A stretch of 64,000 nt of DNA from Octopus sinensis (lineage: Eukaryota). The notes beneath the pieces were generated by a model. It had not been told where the DNA came from, searched no databases, and saw only the letters and a list, made by a program, of their open reading frames with translations. Positions 1 to 12,429 of the stretch are shown piece after piece. The position numbers and the translations under genes were made by a program. Numbering within the stretch: position 1 is the first letter of the stretch; every line of letters starts with the position of its first letter. The DNA lies in the NCBI RefSeq assembly GCF_006345805.1, contig NC_042999.1, positions 5,456,001 to 5,520,000 on the forward strand, written 5' to 3'.

Positions 1-486
1 ACTGGTATTATTAGCACCATGATGCGCTGGACGGACGAACCGGTTAAATTGGAATCTAGTTAACTTCAGATACAAGTGGAGAAGAATTAGGACTAACTGA
101 CGAGGAAATCCAGAAATATACCAGAAGAACAAAATCCCTGAAAAGTCGGACAAAGATGGTGACATCACTTCCGTCATTTGTTACTGCATGGCTGTCATGT
201 CTTATCCCAGTTCAGGCCAGACTGGACTGAACTGTCTGCTGTTCTCCTTTTTGTAAAAGGAACGTGCCCTACTGGTCAGGCGCTTTATTTGTTGTCAACA
301 TTTGTTGAGTACGGGACTGGATATATCGTCATTGAAAATACACAAGCATTCGCTGATGCTACATCTCAAGCAATCCATTGACGGTGAACAGATGTGGTTG
401 CTGTTTATCAGACGCTTACAATCATCTTTGGATTATTGGCAAATCCTCCCTCCCAGGTCATGTGATAGTTTATGAAACCTAATGTA

Positions 487-527
487 TAGGCGCAGGAATG
501 GCTGTGTGGTAAGTAGCTTACTTACCA
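487..527 (+). mobile_element. Isolated tRNA-like head of SINE family 1, fused to the 70-bp array
   Basis: AGGCGCAGGAATGGCTGTGTGGTAAGTAGCTTACTTACCA matches the 5' end of full copies (e.g. 33980, 40142). Confidence 0.85.
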
Positions 528-1772
528 GAGCTCGCTCTGGGCGACGTTGGGGCGACTGTACACAGCTACCAGCCCACAGTCGACGCTATGGCGACCAGAG
601 CTCGCTCTGGGCGACATTGGGGCGACTGTACACAGCTACCAGCCCACAGTCGACGCTATGGCGACCAGAGCTCGCTCTGGGCGACGTTGGGGCGACTGTA
701 CACAGCTACCAGCACACAGTCGACGCTATGGCGACCAGAGCTCGCTCTGGGCGACGTTGGGGCGACTGTACACAGCTACAGCCCACAGTCGACGCTATGG
801 CGACCAGAGCTCGCTCTGGGCGACATGGGGCGACTGTACACAGCTACCAGCACACAGTCGACGCTATGGCGACCAGAGCTCGCTCTGGGCGACATTGGGG
901 CGACTGTACACAGCTACCAGCCCACAGTCGACGCTATGGCGACCAGAGCTCGCTCTGGGCGACATTGGGGCGACTGTACACAGCTACCAGCCCACAGTCG
1001 ACGCTATGGCGACCAGAGCTCGCTCTGGGCGACATTGGGGCGACTGTACCAGCTACCAGCCACAGTCGACGCTATGGCGACCAGAGCTCGCTCTGGGCGA
1101 CATTGGGGCGACTGTACACGCTACCAGCACACAGTCGACGCTATGGCGACCAGAGCTCGCTCTGGGCGACATTGGGGCAACTGTACACAGCTACCAGCAC
1201 ACAGTCGACGCTATGGCGACCAGAGCTCGCTCTGGGCGACATTGGGGAGACTGTACACAGCTACCAGCCCACAGTCGACGCTATGGCGACCAGAGCTCGC
1301 TCTGGGCGACATTGGGGCGACTGTACACAGCTACCAGCCCACAGTCGACGCTATGGCGACCAGAGCTCGCTCTGGGCGACATTGGGGCGACTGTACACAG
1401 CTACCAGCACACAGTCGACGCTATGGCGACCAGAGCTCGCTCTGGGCGACATTGGGGCGACTGTACACAGCTACCAGCCCACAGTCGACGCTATGGCGAC
1501 CAGAGCTCGCTCTGGGCGACATTGGGGCGACTGTACACAGCTACCAGCCCACAGTCGACGCTATAGCGACCAGAGCTCGCTCTGGGCGACATTGGGGCGA
1601 CTGTACACAGCTACCAGCCCACAGTCGACGCTATGGCGACCAGAGCTCGCTCTGGGCGACATTGGGGCGACTGTACACAGCTACCAGCACACAGTCGACG
1701 CTATGGCGACCAGAGCTCGCTTGGGCGACATTGGGGCGACTGTACACAGCTACCAGCACACAGTCGACGCTA
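524..1772. repeat. 70-bp GC-rich minisatellite, about 17.8 copies
   Basis: Unit ACCAGAGCTCGCTCTGGGCGACATTGGGGCGACTGTACACAGCTACCAGCCCACAGTCGACGCTATGGCG recurs at 524, 594, 664 and onward; about 63% GC. Confidence 0.97.
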
Positions 1773-1780
1773 ACACAAAC

Positions 1781-1825
1781 GGGTCGGGTCAGGTCGGGTC
1801 GGGTTGGGTTGGGTTGGGTTGGGTT
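1781..1825 (+). repeat. (GGGTY)9 G-tract repeat, G-quadruplex-capable
   Basis: GGGTCGGGTCAGGTCGGGTCGGGTTGGGTTGGGTTGGGTTGGGTT. Confidence 0.85.
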
Positions 1826-2676
1826 ATTTCCATTATATACAGAGAACTATATATATCAATTGTTGTCAGATTTACCTACTCCGCATTGCGAGCAGTGCAA
1901 CAAGATGCGTCTTCGTCAAAGCAATTGCTCCCCCAAAGCAAATTAAATAGAATTTGAGATACGTGGAACGTCAAAGCTGCTAACAAAAACAGGACAGTGA
2001 AAACATTCGGGAAGAGCTGTTTAACCCTAACGAGGTGAAGTGGTGAACGCTGGAGAAAAAATTCTTTGTCAAGAGACAGACAAGAATGCGTGTTATAGTT
2101 ATAAACTGAACGAGAAGAAAAAGAATTACATTTAGAAATAGAGATCTATAATTATTGAGGACAGAATTTCAGTTAGAAATAGAGAACTATAAATATTGTA
2201 TTATGCATAAAGTGGTGGCTTACATTCGGGGCTTCCAATTTCTCAGTAAAATATAAGATAGTCGCAAAATCATCGCACATGTCACCATCGATTACAAACA
2301 CCGGTGGAAGATAAAAGTTCCAGAGGACATTCTTGTTCTTTCGTTTGTACAAGGATCGTATTATGATTCGGCTTAAAATAAATTATAGATACAAATATAA
2401 TGTATAGAAATATATAAAAACCAGAATAGAAAATAAACGTCTTAGGCATATAAAATTAAATAACATGAGATATCAAGATGTTATAAACTTGAAACCTACT
2501 AGAATATCATAGATTTATATATATCAAGTCATCGAATCAGTTCTGTCCAATTTTACCTTTTTTCTTTAGATTTGAATGAAATTTAATAGTATTTTCAAAT
2601 GTCTAATTCAATTAAAAATTATTTTTATGCATTTGTGTACGTTTAAACTAATTCAATATTGTTTTACAAAATAATA

Positions 2677-4004
2677 GAGGGTGTCCACAAAGTCTGCGTA
2701 CATGGGGATTAACACATACTTTTAAAACACACCAATTTTATTTAATTATAATGTTAATAAATAATATTTTCAAAGTGATTTCCATCATTTTTCAATGCAT
2801 AACTTGATGCGCCTGGCAAAATTCAGGTGAACTTGATTAAATAAGTCTACATTGCCATCAATTTCAGCACACTGACTGGTAATGCGTTCTCTCATGTGTT
2901 TTAAATCTGTAATCTTTATTGTAATCTTTCTCTTTCAACATACCTCAGAAAAAGAAATCAAGGGGAGAAAGGTCTGGTGAACGAGGGGACCTTTCCATAT
3001 GAGCCCTTCTTCGAATCCAGTGAGGAAGAGTGTCATTAAGCCAATCTCTAACAGTTGTGGCAAAATGGGTAGGGGCCCCATCATGCTGAAACCAATTCGG
3101 AAGGCCCTCGCCTTAGGCGCTCAATTTGAGATATTAATTTGTCTCTCAATATGTTTGCATAAGTCTCATCCGTTACATGTTCAATGAAGAAGGGTTCTAG
3201 AACATGAGCTTTCCACAAACCACACCACACCATCACCTTTTTGCTGCCTTGTTGTTTGGATGGATCCATCCAATGTGGATTACCTCGAGACCAGTAAAGA
3301 AGATTCTGTCTGTTGACCTCATCATTTACATAAAACGTAGCTTTGTCACTGAACAACACAAAGTTTTTCGTAAAATTGATATTTTCATCCAATTTATCTG
3401 AAAACCATTCGCACGTCTACATTCGTCTATCAGGGTCGTCTTCATTTAAGTGATGCAATATCTGTAGGTTGTATCGATGAAACTTTTCCTCAACCAGCAT
3501 TTTGTGGATGGTTGGTTTTGGAACACCTAACACCGTGGATGTCCGACGAAGTGATTTCTTTGGGCTAGCAGAAACTTTAGCCATGACAGCCTCTTTCGTT
3601 TCATCTGAAGTCTTTGGTCGCCCGGAACGGGGTTTATCCAAAACACTGCCTGTTTCTTTAAATTTCTTGATCAATTTCCCGACGGCAGTAAAAAAATAGG
3701 TTACCTATAAGGGTGTCGAAGATTAAATTCTTCCGCAATTTTGCGATAAGACCATGCCTCTCGTCCACTTAATAATACTAACTCGATTCTTTCTTCTTTA
3801 GACAGATCCATCATTCGATCTGGGATTCTTTCTTCTTTAGACAGAGCCATTATTCGATCATCTGTAGAAAACATAACAAATAAATTTAGAAAAGTAAAGT
3901 TTTTTTTAATTTAATTAAACAAAAGTAAAAAGGAAAATTATTATTTCTTATATTTGTTTATGTTATAATTTTATTCTATGTACACAGACTTCGTGGACAC
4001 CCTA
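2677..4004 (-). mobile_element. Full-length decayed IS630-Tc1-mariner DNA transposon
   Basis: About 27-bp TIRs (GAGGGTGTCCACAAAGTCTGCGTACAT / ATGTACACAGACTTCGTGGACACCCT). Frameshifted transposase on - strand: KKFKETGSVLDKPRSGRP, VLFSDKATF, VMVWCGL, QHDGAP, PRSPDLSPLDFF. Confidence 0.9.
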
Positions 4005-4149
4005 AAATTGCTTTGATTAAAACCCTTTCAACATGGAAGTATCCAAGGAGCATTTAAGGCACATATAATTCTTTATGAGTACAATAAAGGTAACTCTGCA
4101 GCCGAAGTGACTCGAAACATACACTCAGTTTATGGGAAAGTGCTTCAAT

Positions 4150-4690
4150 GAAAGAACTTGCAGGAGATCGTTTGCAAAATTGAAGATGAAGATCGAATAG
4201 GATGTCTAATTGAGTTTGATGATAAGCTCCTTGAGGCATTACTTGAAGAAAATCCGCCATTATCAGTTGAAGAATTGGCAATAAAGCTTACTTCAAACCA
4301 TACAACAGTTCATCGTCATCTTCAACAACGTGGAAAGATTCCTAAACTTGGAAAATAGGTGCTTCATGTATTGCCCGAAAGCAACCGCAAATCCCGAGTT
4401 GACATCTGCTCTTCTCTCCGTTCTCGCAAACTCATTTCACCCTTTTTCGATAGACTTGTGACGAAAAATGGATTTTCTATCGAAACGTTAAACGCCGTAA
4501 ACAGTGGCTTGGTAAAAGGGAAAATGCTCAGCCACAACCGAGAAGGGAACTTCATGGGGAAAAGGTTCTACTCTATTTGGTGCGATTGCAAAGGCGTAAT
4601 TCACTTTATATTGTTACCACCTAATGCAACAATCAATGCTCAAGTCAACTGTCAGCAATGGAGTAGTTTGTTCCTGGATTTTTATCCAGG
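4150..4690 (+). mobile_element. Mariner (Mos1/SETMAR-like) transposase fragment
   Basis: EDEDR..EFDDKLLEALLEENP..VHRHLQQ.GKIPKLGK*V.H..RVDICSSL..FFDRLVT; stops and frameshifts. Confidence 0.85.
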
Positions 4691-5409
4691 AATCGAAACC
4701 TTGCTCTAGATTTTTCTGTAAGCCCCTTTCTATTGTTCCCGACATTAACACTTAGACATTTATGCGAGTCCTCTGCCAGACTTTGTTAAGTCCTGTTGTT
4801 TCACTTGACATTTTAGGTTAAATTCAGTTCAACAGTTCGTTCACTTTCTATTGCACTCCGATCTACTAAATAGAATTCTTCCTCGCTCGCTTTCGTTCGA
4901 TAACGTTTCCCGAAGATGTATCCTCTCTTTCTCCCGGCACCCTTGCCTAAGAAGAATCTTTCTTTCTGTCTTCCTTTCTTTCCTTCCTTCCTTCTTCCTT
5001 CCTTCTTCCTTCCTTTCTTTCTTTCCTTCCTTCTTTTCACTCATGACATGTCAACGAATGACCATACAGCCCTCCCTCCTACTCGCCAACCCAGAGAGAG
5101 AGGAATTCTCTTACTCTTTCTCTCTCCGTCATTCCGTCTCCTAGCTGTCACCTACAGATAAACACAGCTACCTACGAAATGGACAGTAAAACTTCTACTA
5201 AACTTTATACAATGACAACACAAAGCAGTTGTTTTTTTACATTGTAACGGTAAAATAAAGGCCATTTCAACTATCATTTTCTTCTATCATTTATTCCATG
5301 GACTGTGAAAAGCATCCAACTTATCCATGACATTTCTGGTGAACTGACATCTATCATACATTCTACCATCTGTTACATTTGACGACTCCGACGTTAAAAA
5401 AGCCAAATA

Positions 5410-5778
5410 CAGTAGAACCTCGCCGTACAATTGCCCCTTTGTACAAGTAATTCGCTGTACGAGCTGAGACTCGTGCAAATTTTTGCCTTGAAGTACGGGC
5501 GGAAATCTGCAATACGAGCACACAAGCTGTCCCATCTTTAAGGTAATTCAGTTAATACAACCAGTTTATAGATTTCTTTTGCATTCTCTTTTTTATGATT
5601 GTCATTTTACTTGTTTTAAAACCCATAAAAAATTATTTTTGAGTGGTTTTGTGGGACTGGAGCGGATTAATTATATTTTAGTTAATTTCATTGGGGGAAA
5701 ATTGCTTCGTAAAACGAATAAATCGTAAGACAAGCTCGGTCATGGAACGAATTAAACTCGTACTGAGAGGTATCTCTG
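5410..5778. mobile_element. pogo/Tigger-like MITE
   Basis: TA|CAGTAGAACCTCG ... GAGGTATCTCTG|TA; imperfect TIRs with TA flanks. Confidence 0.65.
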
Positions 5779-7196
5779 TACGCAGTCTCCTCAACTTGCC
5801 GTTACATTATAACCAACAAGCTGTTTGCGATATCACTGGCCTGAAAAGACGCTGATATTCCACAAATCGTTGCAGCGAGATTTAACTGGCATGCAATGAC
5901 AGACCCTCCTACTGATAATTTCCAATAGAATGAATTCACATGATATGGCGCCCATGATAGACAATTTACGTCTGTTACGGTCTATGTGTGTGTTTTTATG
6001 CACCAAGCTCCTATATAAGATCTCTCAAGGCTAATAATGCAGTATTCGGTGCTCCAACAAGACATCCATGTTTCCTACACGATATCCAATTTGGATATAG
6101 TGATTACATTTTTGGTATTAATACTGCCTAATACACATATATATGTAAGAGTGTATAAAGATTTATACACACAGAGAAGACCCTTGATAGGATTTCTTAC
6201 ATGCTAAAAAGGCTAGTTAAACCCAAACCACGAAAACAATAATTCTAAAGGAACACCGATAATGGCACTCGAATGAAAAAATTATTATTAGTTAATCCCA
6301 TACTCGAGTTTCCCTATTAATGACCAAATAAATTAATTTGTTGTCTGTAGTTCATCAGTGGGATCGTGGTGGTGGAATGAGTGAGACCGTTAAACCTCGT
6401 TGAGGAATAAGATATTAGAAAAAAGTTATTTGAATAGACGGGAACAAAAGCGTGAAAGAAGAAATAAAATGAAATTTTTAAAATAGTAAAAATAAGGTAG
6501 ACGAAGAATGAGAGAGAAAAAGATCCTTTGTCTCACTTGGTTATGTTAGATATTACTTTCTACCCTGGATACCATGCAACAGAATAGGGGAAAAAAAGCG
6601 AATCGTGATGTAGAGATACCAACAGCTCAGAAGAACTTTCTTGATGTCGCCTGGTAGAGACCATGTCTATTGTATATTTTTGATCAAAAACTAATTTATG
6701 ATTCCTATAGTACTGACGACTATATGGCTTTCATTTACTAATTCAACAACAATCTAGACAATACTTTGCAATCAGTCTCCGAGGGGGTGATACCAGGAGA
6801 ATTGTTCACGTTCTGATTTAGATCTTTCGCCTTTCTCTCTTGGAACAAGAATTTCACCAATCCAGTCTTGAAGTTTGAGAATTACTTCAAAATTGTTCCT
6901 TATCAAATTAAATAGAGCGGACGAAACATTTTCTCCTCCGCTTTGCGTCTATTCTATTGAAACAACTCAAGCCCCGTAACGCTATTCATTTGTTTTCTCG
7001 CCAGAACTATTAATATTTCATAGTCTGTATGTTTATAATCCATTTGATGAAATGGATCTTGTTGGGACAAGACATCGTCGGCTTTGTTGTATGGAGTATT
7101 GAATTGGTTCTAGTTAGCTGCGAGTCGTCCTTCAAACCAAACGAGTTTACACTTGAAATAAATATGTTTGTTATTTAGGTAATCACAATATTTACA

Positions 7197-7450
7197 TTTA
7201 CTCTTTTACTCTTTTACTCTTTTACTTGTTTCAGTCATTTGACTGCGGCCATGCTGGAGCACCGCCTTTAATCGAGCAAATCGACCCCGGGACTTATTCT
7301 TTGTAAGCCCAGTACTTATTCCATCGGTCTCTTTTGCCGAACCGCTAAGTAACGGGGACGTAAACACACCAGCATCGGTTGTCAAGCAATGCTAGGGAGA
7401 CAAACACAGACACACAAACACATACACACACATACATATATATATATATT

Positions 7451-7482
<32 letters not shown>

Positions 7483-7615
7483 CATATATACGACGGGCTT
7501 CTTTCAGTTTCCGTCTACCAAATCCACTCACAAGGCATTGGTCGGCCCGGGGCTATAGCAGAAGACATTTGCCCAAGGTGCCACGCAGTGGGACTGAACC
7601 CAGAACCATGTGGTT
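7197..7615 (-). mobile_element. SINE family 1 (tRNA head, CORE-like GGCACCTTGGGCAAGTGTC, central microsatellite, (GTAAAAGA)n tail), head truncated
   Basis: Near-identical to the other copies in the window. Confidence 0.9.
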
Positions 7616-8104
7616 ATACACAAAAGTTTGTTTTTTTTCTTATAGTCGCCAGTAGTGTATTGTAGGAAGCTGGATTCGAACCTAGCTCTACTTAAATTAT
7701 AAACAGAAAAGATTAGTGTTGCTTGAGAGGCGGGAATACAGCTTGCTCGGCATTATTGAAGAAGACTCTTTTATTCGAGGCTGAAATACATCAAAGGAAA
7801 GCAGGACGTTTTAAGGACTAATTGCTCTTAAAATATGCGAGCCTGCAGTCTGGCGGTATCTCAGCGGGGTTTCGCTTTAACATCACGAAAAGCGCGAGAA
7901 ATCTCTAGAAACTGGTAGAAAGTCCTACTGTATGGTGTTATATTTCCGCAAGTTGATTGGTCGATAAACAGTGTCATCTTTCGATTCGACAGAAGCTACA
8001 AAAAGCAAATGCTTGTCAAGGACTTGTCATAGAAGGCCATAGAGAGTTATAGTCATTCTTATGAAAAATTATTTCAACAGTTGCTGAAATATTTATCTAT
8101 ACTC

Positions 8105-8317
8105 TCTCTTTTACTCTTTTACTTGTTTCAGTCATTTGACTGCGGCCATGCTGGAGCACCGCCTTTAGTCGAGCAACTCGACCCCGGGACTTATTCTTTT
8201 TGTAAGCCCAGTACTTATTCTATCGGTCTCTTTTTGCCGAACCGCTAAGTGACGGGGACGTAAACACACCAGCATCGGTTGTCAAGCAATGCTAGGGGGA
8301 CAAACACAGACACACAA

Positions 8318-8415
<98 letters not shown>

Positions 8416-8578
8416 GACAGGCTTCTTTCAGTTTCCGTCTACCAAATAAACTCACAAGGCATTGGTCGGCCCGGGGCTATAGCAGAAGACACTTGCCCAA
8501 GATGCCACGCAGTGGGACTGAACCCGGAACCATGTGGTTGGTTAGCAAGCTACTTACCACACAGCCACTCCTGCGCCT
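8105..8578 (-). mobile_element. SINE family 1, full length
   Basis: A-box-like TGGCTGTGTGG, B-box-like GGTTCAGTCCC and (GTAAAAGA)n tail on the - strand. Confidence 0.92.
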
Positions 8579-9930
8579 TTTTTTTTTTTTTAAACCTCAT
8601 TCAATTCTCGTTGTACTTTAATAAACTTTTCAACAGCCGAGTGGTTTTTCAAGCCCGGGCCTGCTACAAATTAGTAAAGCGTTTCATTTCCAGCAGTTGG
8701 CCGATAATACTATCATTATTATCAAACTAATCTTTATGAGTCTCTAAGTTTTCTCAGGAACTGTCAAATTTATTGGACACAGTTTCTCGAATGTTTGGTT
8801 GTGCCAATTTAGCTACAATAAATTACGTCAAATTATTTTTACCTGATTCATGCAAATATTTCGAATTTGGAACTTGAATTTCCCACGTAGCTGTTCGTGA
8901 TTAGTTATATTTTTATATTCAGTACTACGTAACGCATATTACACACATCTTGAAGATCTTGTTTTCGGCTTACTAAGAAGTTTGATAGGTGTTACAGACA
9001 GACTGAATTCTAAACAAAGTTGAAGTAAAAATTAAACATTGGTATACACATTTACATTATCGAAGTGTCAGATTGTATTTCAGATATAATACTGCCTTCC
9101 AACTTATGCATTAAATTCAACAAGATTAATCGACTTTTCATACTTTGGGACTGATAAAACTGTGGTACGAACGGATTCGGAGTATATAGTAATAGAATCT
9201 TCGTTGACTATGAGATCTGGAGCATAAACCGAGACGATACGTAAACACGTATCGTCCACATTAGAGTCGGAATCGTACTTCCATATTGCGATCGGTTATG
9301 CGACATAGACACTCTATTTACTCAAGTAAACTTCCGGCGACAAAACAAACTTCAGTCAGTCTCAATTCACTCTCTGGTTTCAAACTGAAACATTTTGTAA
9401 TTTAATAATACTTCGGTGAGATTTTAGTCTGTTTTTCTTTATCGCCACCTTGTATACAATACCTTCAAAGCCTAGTGTATTCTGGCCGACCCAAAATCTA
9501 GTGACTTACCAACATGTTTTTAATTCACATATATTTCTTTTATATATGTAAAAGAAATGCAAGGAATGCGGAAAGTTGAATGAGGGTGAAGTAAGAACTA
9601 TAGCTGTTATTAATAGAAATGTGTAAAAAAAAAAAAGACTTGAAAAAAAAGATGGCGAATAAAATTGGTTGAACAGCAGAAGGGAGATAACTACGTCTGG
9701 TTCTGAATGTGTGAGATTATGGAAGCCTGGACGTAATAAATTTTCCCATATAAACTTATAGAAGCTTTGGAATTAAAACTGAAATGCATGTTGTGAGAAT
9801 AAATACATTTTAATTACATTAATAGAATAATGAAGATGTACGCGCGCGCGCGTGTGTTTGTGTGTGTAAATATATGTGTGCGTAAATATATATATGTGTG
9901 TGTGTGTGTGTGTGTCTATACAAACAGATA

Positions 9931-10125
9931 TTCTTTTCTACTCTAGACACAAGGCCCAAACTTTTGGGGGTGAAGACCAGTCGATTACATCGACTCCAGT
10001 ACACAACTGGTATTTAATTTATCGACCACGACAGGATGAAAGGTAAAGTCGACCTCGGCGGAATTTGAACTCAGAACGTAACGGCAGACGAAATATCGTT
10101 AAGCATATCGCCTGGCGTGCTAACT
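9931..10125 (-). mobile_element. SINE family 2
   Basis: Core GAGTTCAAATTCCGCCGAGGTCGACTTTACCTTTCATCC on the - strand. Confidence 0.85.
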
Positions 10126-11014
10126 TTGGCCTCGTTGAATTATTTCAAACTTGCTAAATTAATTCTAATTTGAACAGAAAGGGGACGCAACTCTTGTCTT
10201 TTTCTTTCTTGGCTTTCTTTCTTTTCTCATTTTTTCCTTTTGTTTTCCTTTTTTACCACTCCACATTTTGTTTTTTCGTTCCGCTTCTTTTCATTTCACC
10301 TTTTGCCTCCACATTCTTCTCGCGTTTTGTAATGGACCAGCGTCCATGCTTTCCTTTACTTTAAAGAATTTTTTTTTCCAAATATGACCGGCCATAACTA
10401 TTTTACACTGACAATCACCCCTATTCTTCTTTCTCTCTCTCTTCCGTCATCATCTATTTCATACAAATAATTTAGTGTGGCTCTTACCCATATGATATCT
10501 GGTTATGCTTCGGTATAGCTTAACGTTCTTGTCGCCAAAATGAGGGGTCAACACATTCCATATCCTTATATTTTTTCTGAACCAAATTTCAAATTTTAAG
10601 TTTTTACTTCATCTGAAGAAAACGTAGTCGACCTTAACCCATTTGTGTTCTTTCTTCATACACACACACACACAGCGTTATATTAAGAAACGGTGACAAG
10701 TGTAAATTCTGAAAATACTTATAAGCTTAAGCTTATAATCGTTCTACACGTATTGGTTCTAGAAAGTAGTCTTGTATTTTCTATAACCAAATACGAGTTG
10801 AACGATTGGTTATAGAAAAAAATGTGTATTAGTACGCTTATATGCCCCAATAAACGACTATTTTCGATAGTCAATTTAGGGTGAACGCTTATAGGCTTCA
10901 ACTTATAATTATTATTTGCAGAATATGTGTGTGTGTTTATGTGTACCTGTGTATGTGTGTGAGTACACACACAACACACACACACACACACACACAACAC
11001 ACACACACACACAC

Positions 11015-11085
<71 letters not shown>

Positions 11086-11088
<3 letters not shown>

Positions 11089-11270
11089 AGAGTTCACAAA
11101 AAAACAAACAAAAGACAGGTGGTGTACAAAACCAACAGATATATTAGTATAACGCTCAGGAATAGAAAAGGTCTTTTACGTTTCGAGCCTATGCTCTTCA
11201 ACAGAAAGGGACACAGAAAAAAAACAAGGAGGGGAAAAATGTGTGTAGTGGCTACCGATCTATCATGGTG
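11086..11270 (-). mobile_element. Short PLE-like end, family C, with hammerhead-like motif at 11173-11208
   Basis: Homologous to 12060-12225, 40557-40770 and 63762-63905; abuts (TA)n. Confidence 0.7.
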
Positions 11271-11274
11271 GGTG

Positions 11275-11275
<1 letters not shown>

Positions 11276-11373
<98 letters not shown>

Positions 11374-11384
11374 TGATAGATAGA
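11276..11384. repeat. (GATA)n microsatellite
   Basis: Read directly from the sequence. Confidence 0.98.
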
Positions 11385-11420
11385 CATATATGTGTGTGTG
11401 TGTATATAAAACAAATAACA

Positions 11421-11710
11421 GAAATGGAAAAGGGATTACATGAGAAACTTTATTGCACACAACAACCGTTTCGACCCATCATGCATCGATCCCTCGCGGG
11501 TGGGATACTGTGCAACTGGTTGTGGTGCATCTCTCGGTACAGAACATTCTGCACTGAGAGATGCTCCACAACCAGTTTGAGAAGCTCCTTCAACGAGGAA
11601 TGCACTGCAAATAGTTGCATAGTATCCCACACGGGAGGGATCGATGCATGATGGGTCGAAACGATCGTTGTGAGCAATAAAGTTTCTCGGATAATCCATT
11701 TTTCCGTTTC
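11421..11710. repeat. Inverted repeat (about 95-bp imperfect arms) enclosing an inner hairpin
   Basis: GAAATGGAAAAGGGATTA...GATACTGTGCAACT versus AGTTGCATAGTATC...TAATCCATTTTTCCGTTTC; inner GGTTGTGGTGCATCTCTC / GAGAGATGCTCCACAACC. Confidence 0.85.
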
Positions 11711-12059
11711 TATCATTTGTTATACACCGAAGTAATACTGAGGAATTCCTGGGGTATATCCAGTGTCAGTTGTGTAAATGCCATGGCGTCAGGTAGCCAT
11801 AAGCAGTGGACGTGATTTCGGAGCTATTCTAACTTGTCAAGCAATTGATGTGGTCTGATACTGGGTGTTGGAACTAATATGATTACGACGAGCAAGACGC
11901 CTATCAGACATTCCAAAAAGCAGAGAAAAACTGTTTACTTCACTAAAACATTTATAATTTGATTTTGATGTTACTGTGAAATTGTGTCAGTGACCACATC
12001 GCTTTTGGTTTGCCGAAAATTTGGATCATCAAATAATGAATATTTAAGTAAAGCAATCA

Positions 12060-12225
12060 GGTGTGTGTGGAATGGCTAATATGTCTTCCACCGTATTCCT
12101 TTTCTGTTGAAGAGCGTAGGCTCGAAACATAAAAGACTTTCTCACCTTCCCGAGCGTCAAACTAATACACCTGCTTGTTGTTTACACACCTGTCTTCGTC
12201 TTTTGTTTTTCTGTAAATTCCAACT
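12060..12225 (+). mobile_element. Short PLE-like end, family C, with hammerhead-like motif at 12100-12135
   Basis: CTTTT CTGTTGA AGAGCGTAGGCTC GAAACATAAAAG, then about 90 nt to (TA)n. Confidence 0.7.
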
Positions 12226-12325
12226 ATATATATATATATATATGTATGTATTTATATATATATATACACATATATATATATACATACATACATATATACA
12301 TATATACATATACATACATATATAC

Positions 12326-12369
<44 letters not shown>

Positions 12370-12429
12370 CATACATACACATACATACATAATACACACA
12401 CACAACGCGCGCGCACACACACACACCAA

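Noticed and set aside
1-470. Possible LTR-retroelement RNase H remnant (WTELSAVLL..LYLLST)
   Set aside because: The resemblance is weak, with frameshifts and no intact catalytic motif; it needs an HMM search.
524-1772. CRISPR-like array (palindromic direct repeats)
   Set aside because: There are no unique spacers and no cas genes, and the context is eukaryotic.
482-1957. Three long overlapping ORFs (491, 339 and 452 aa)
   Set aside because: They arise because the 70-bp unit lacks stop codons on the + strand. The same peptide cycles through all frames and the start lies in a SINE head.
9105-9292. Minus-strand 60-aa stretch containing RIVSVYAPD (LINE APE-like)
   Set aside because: A single short motif with no other endonuclease motifs nearby.
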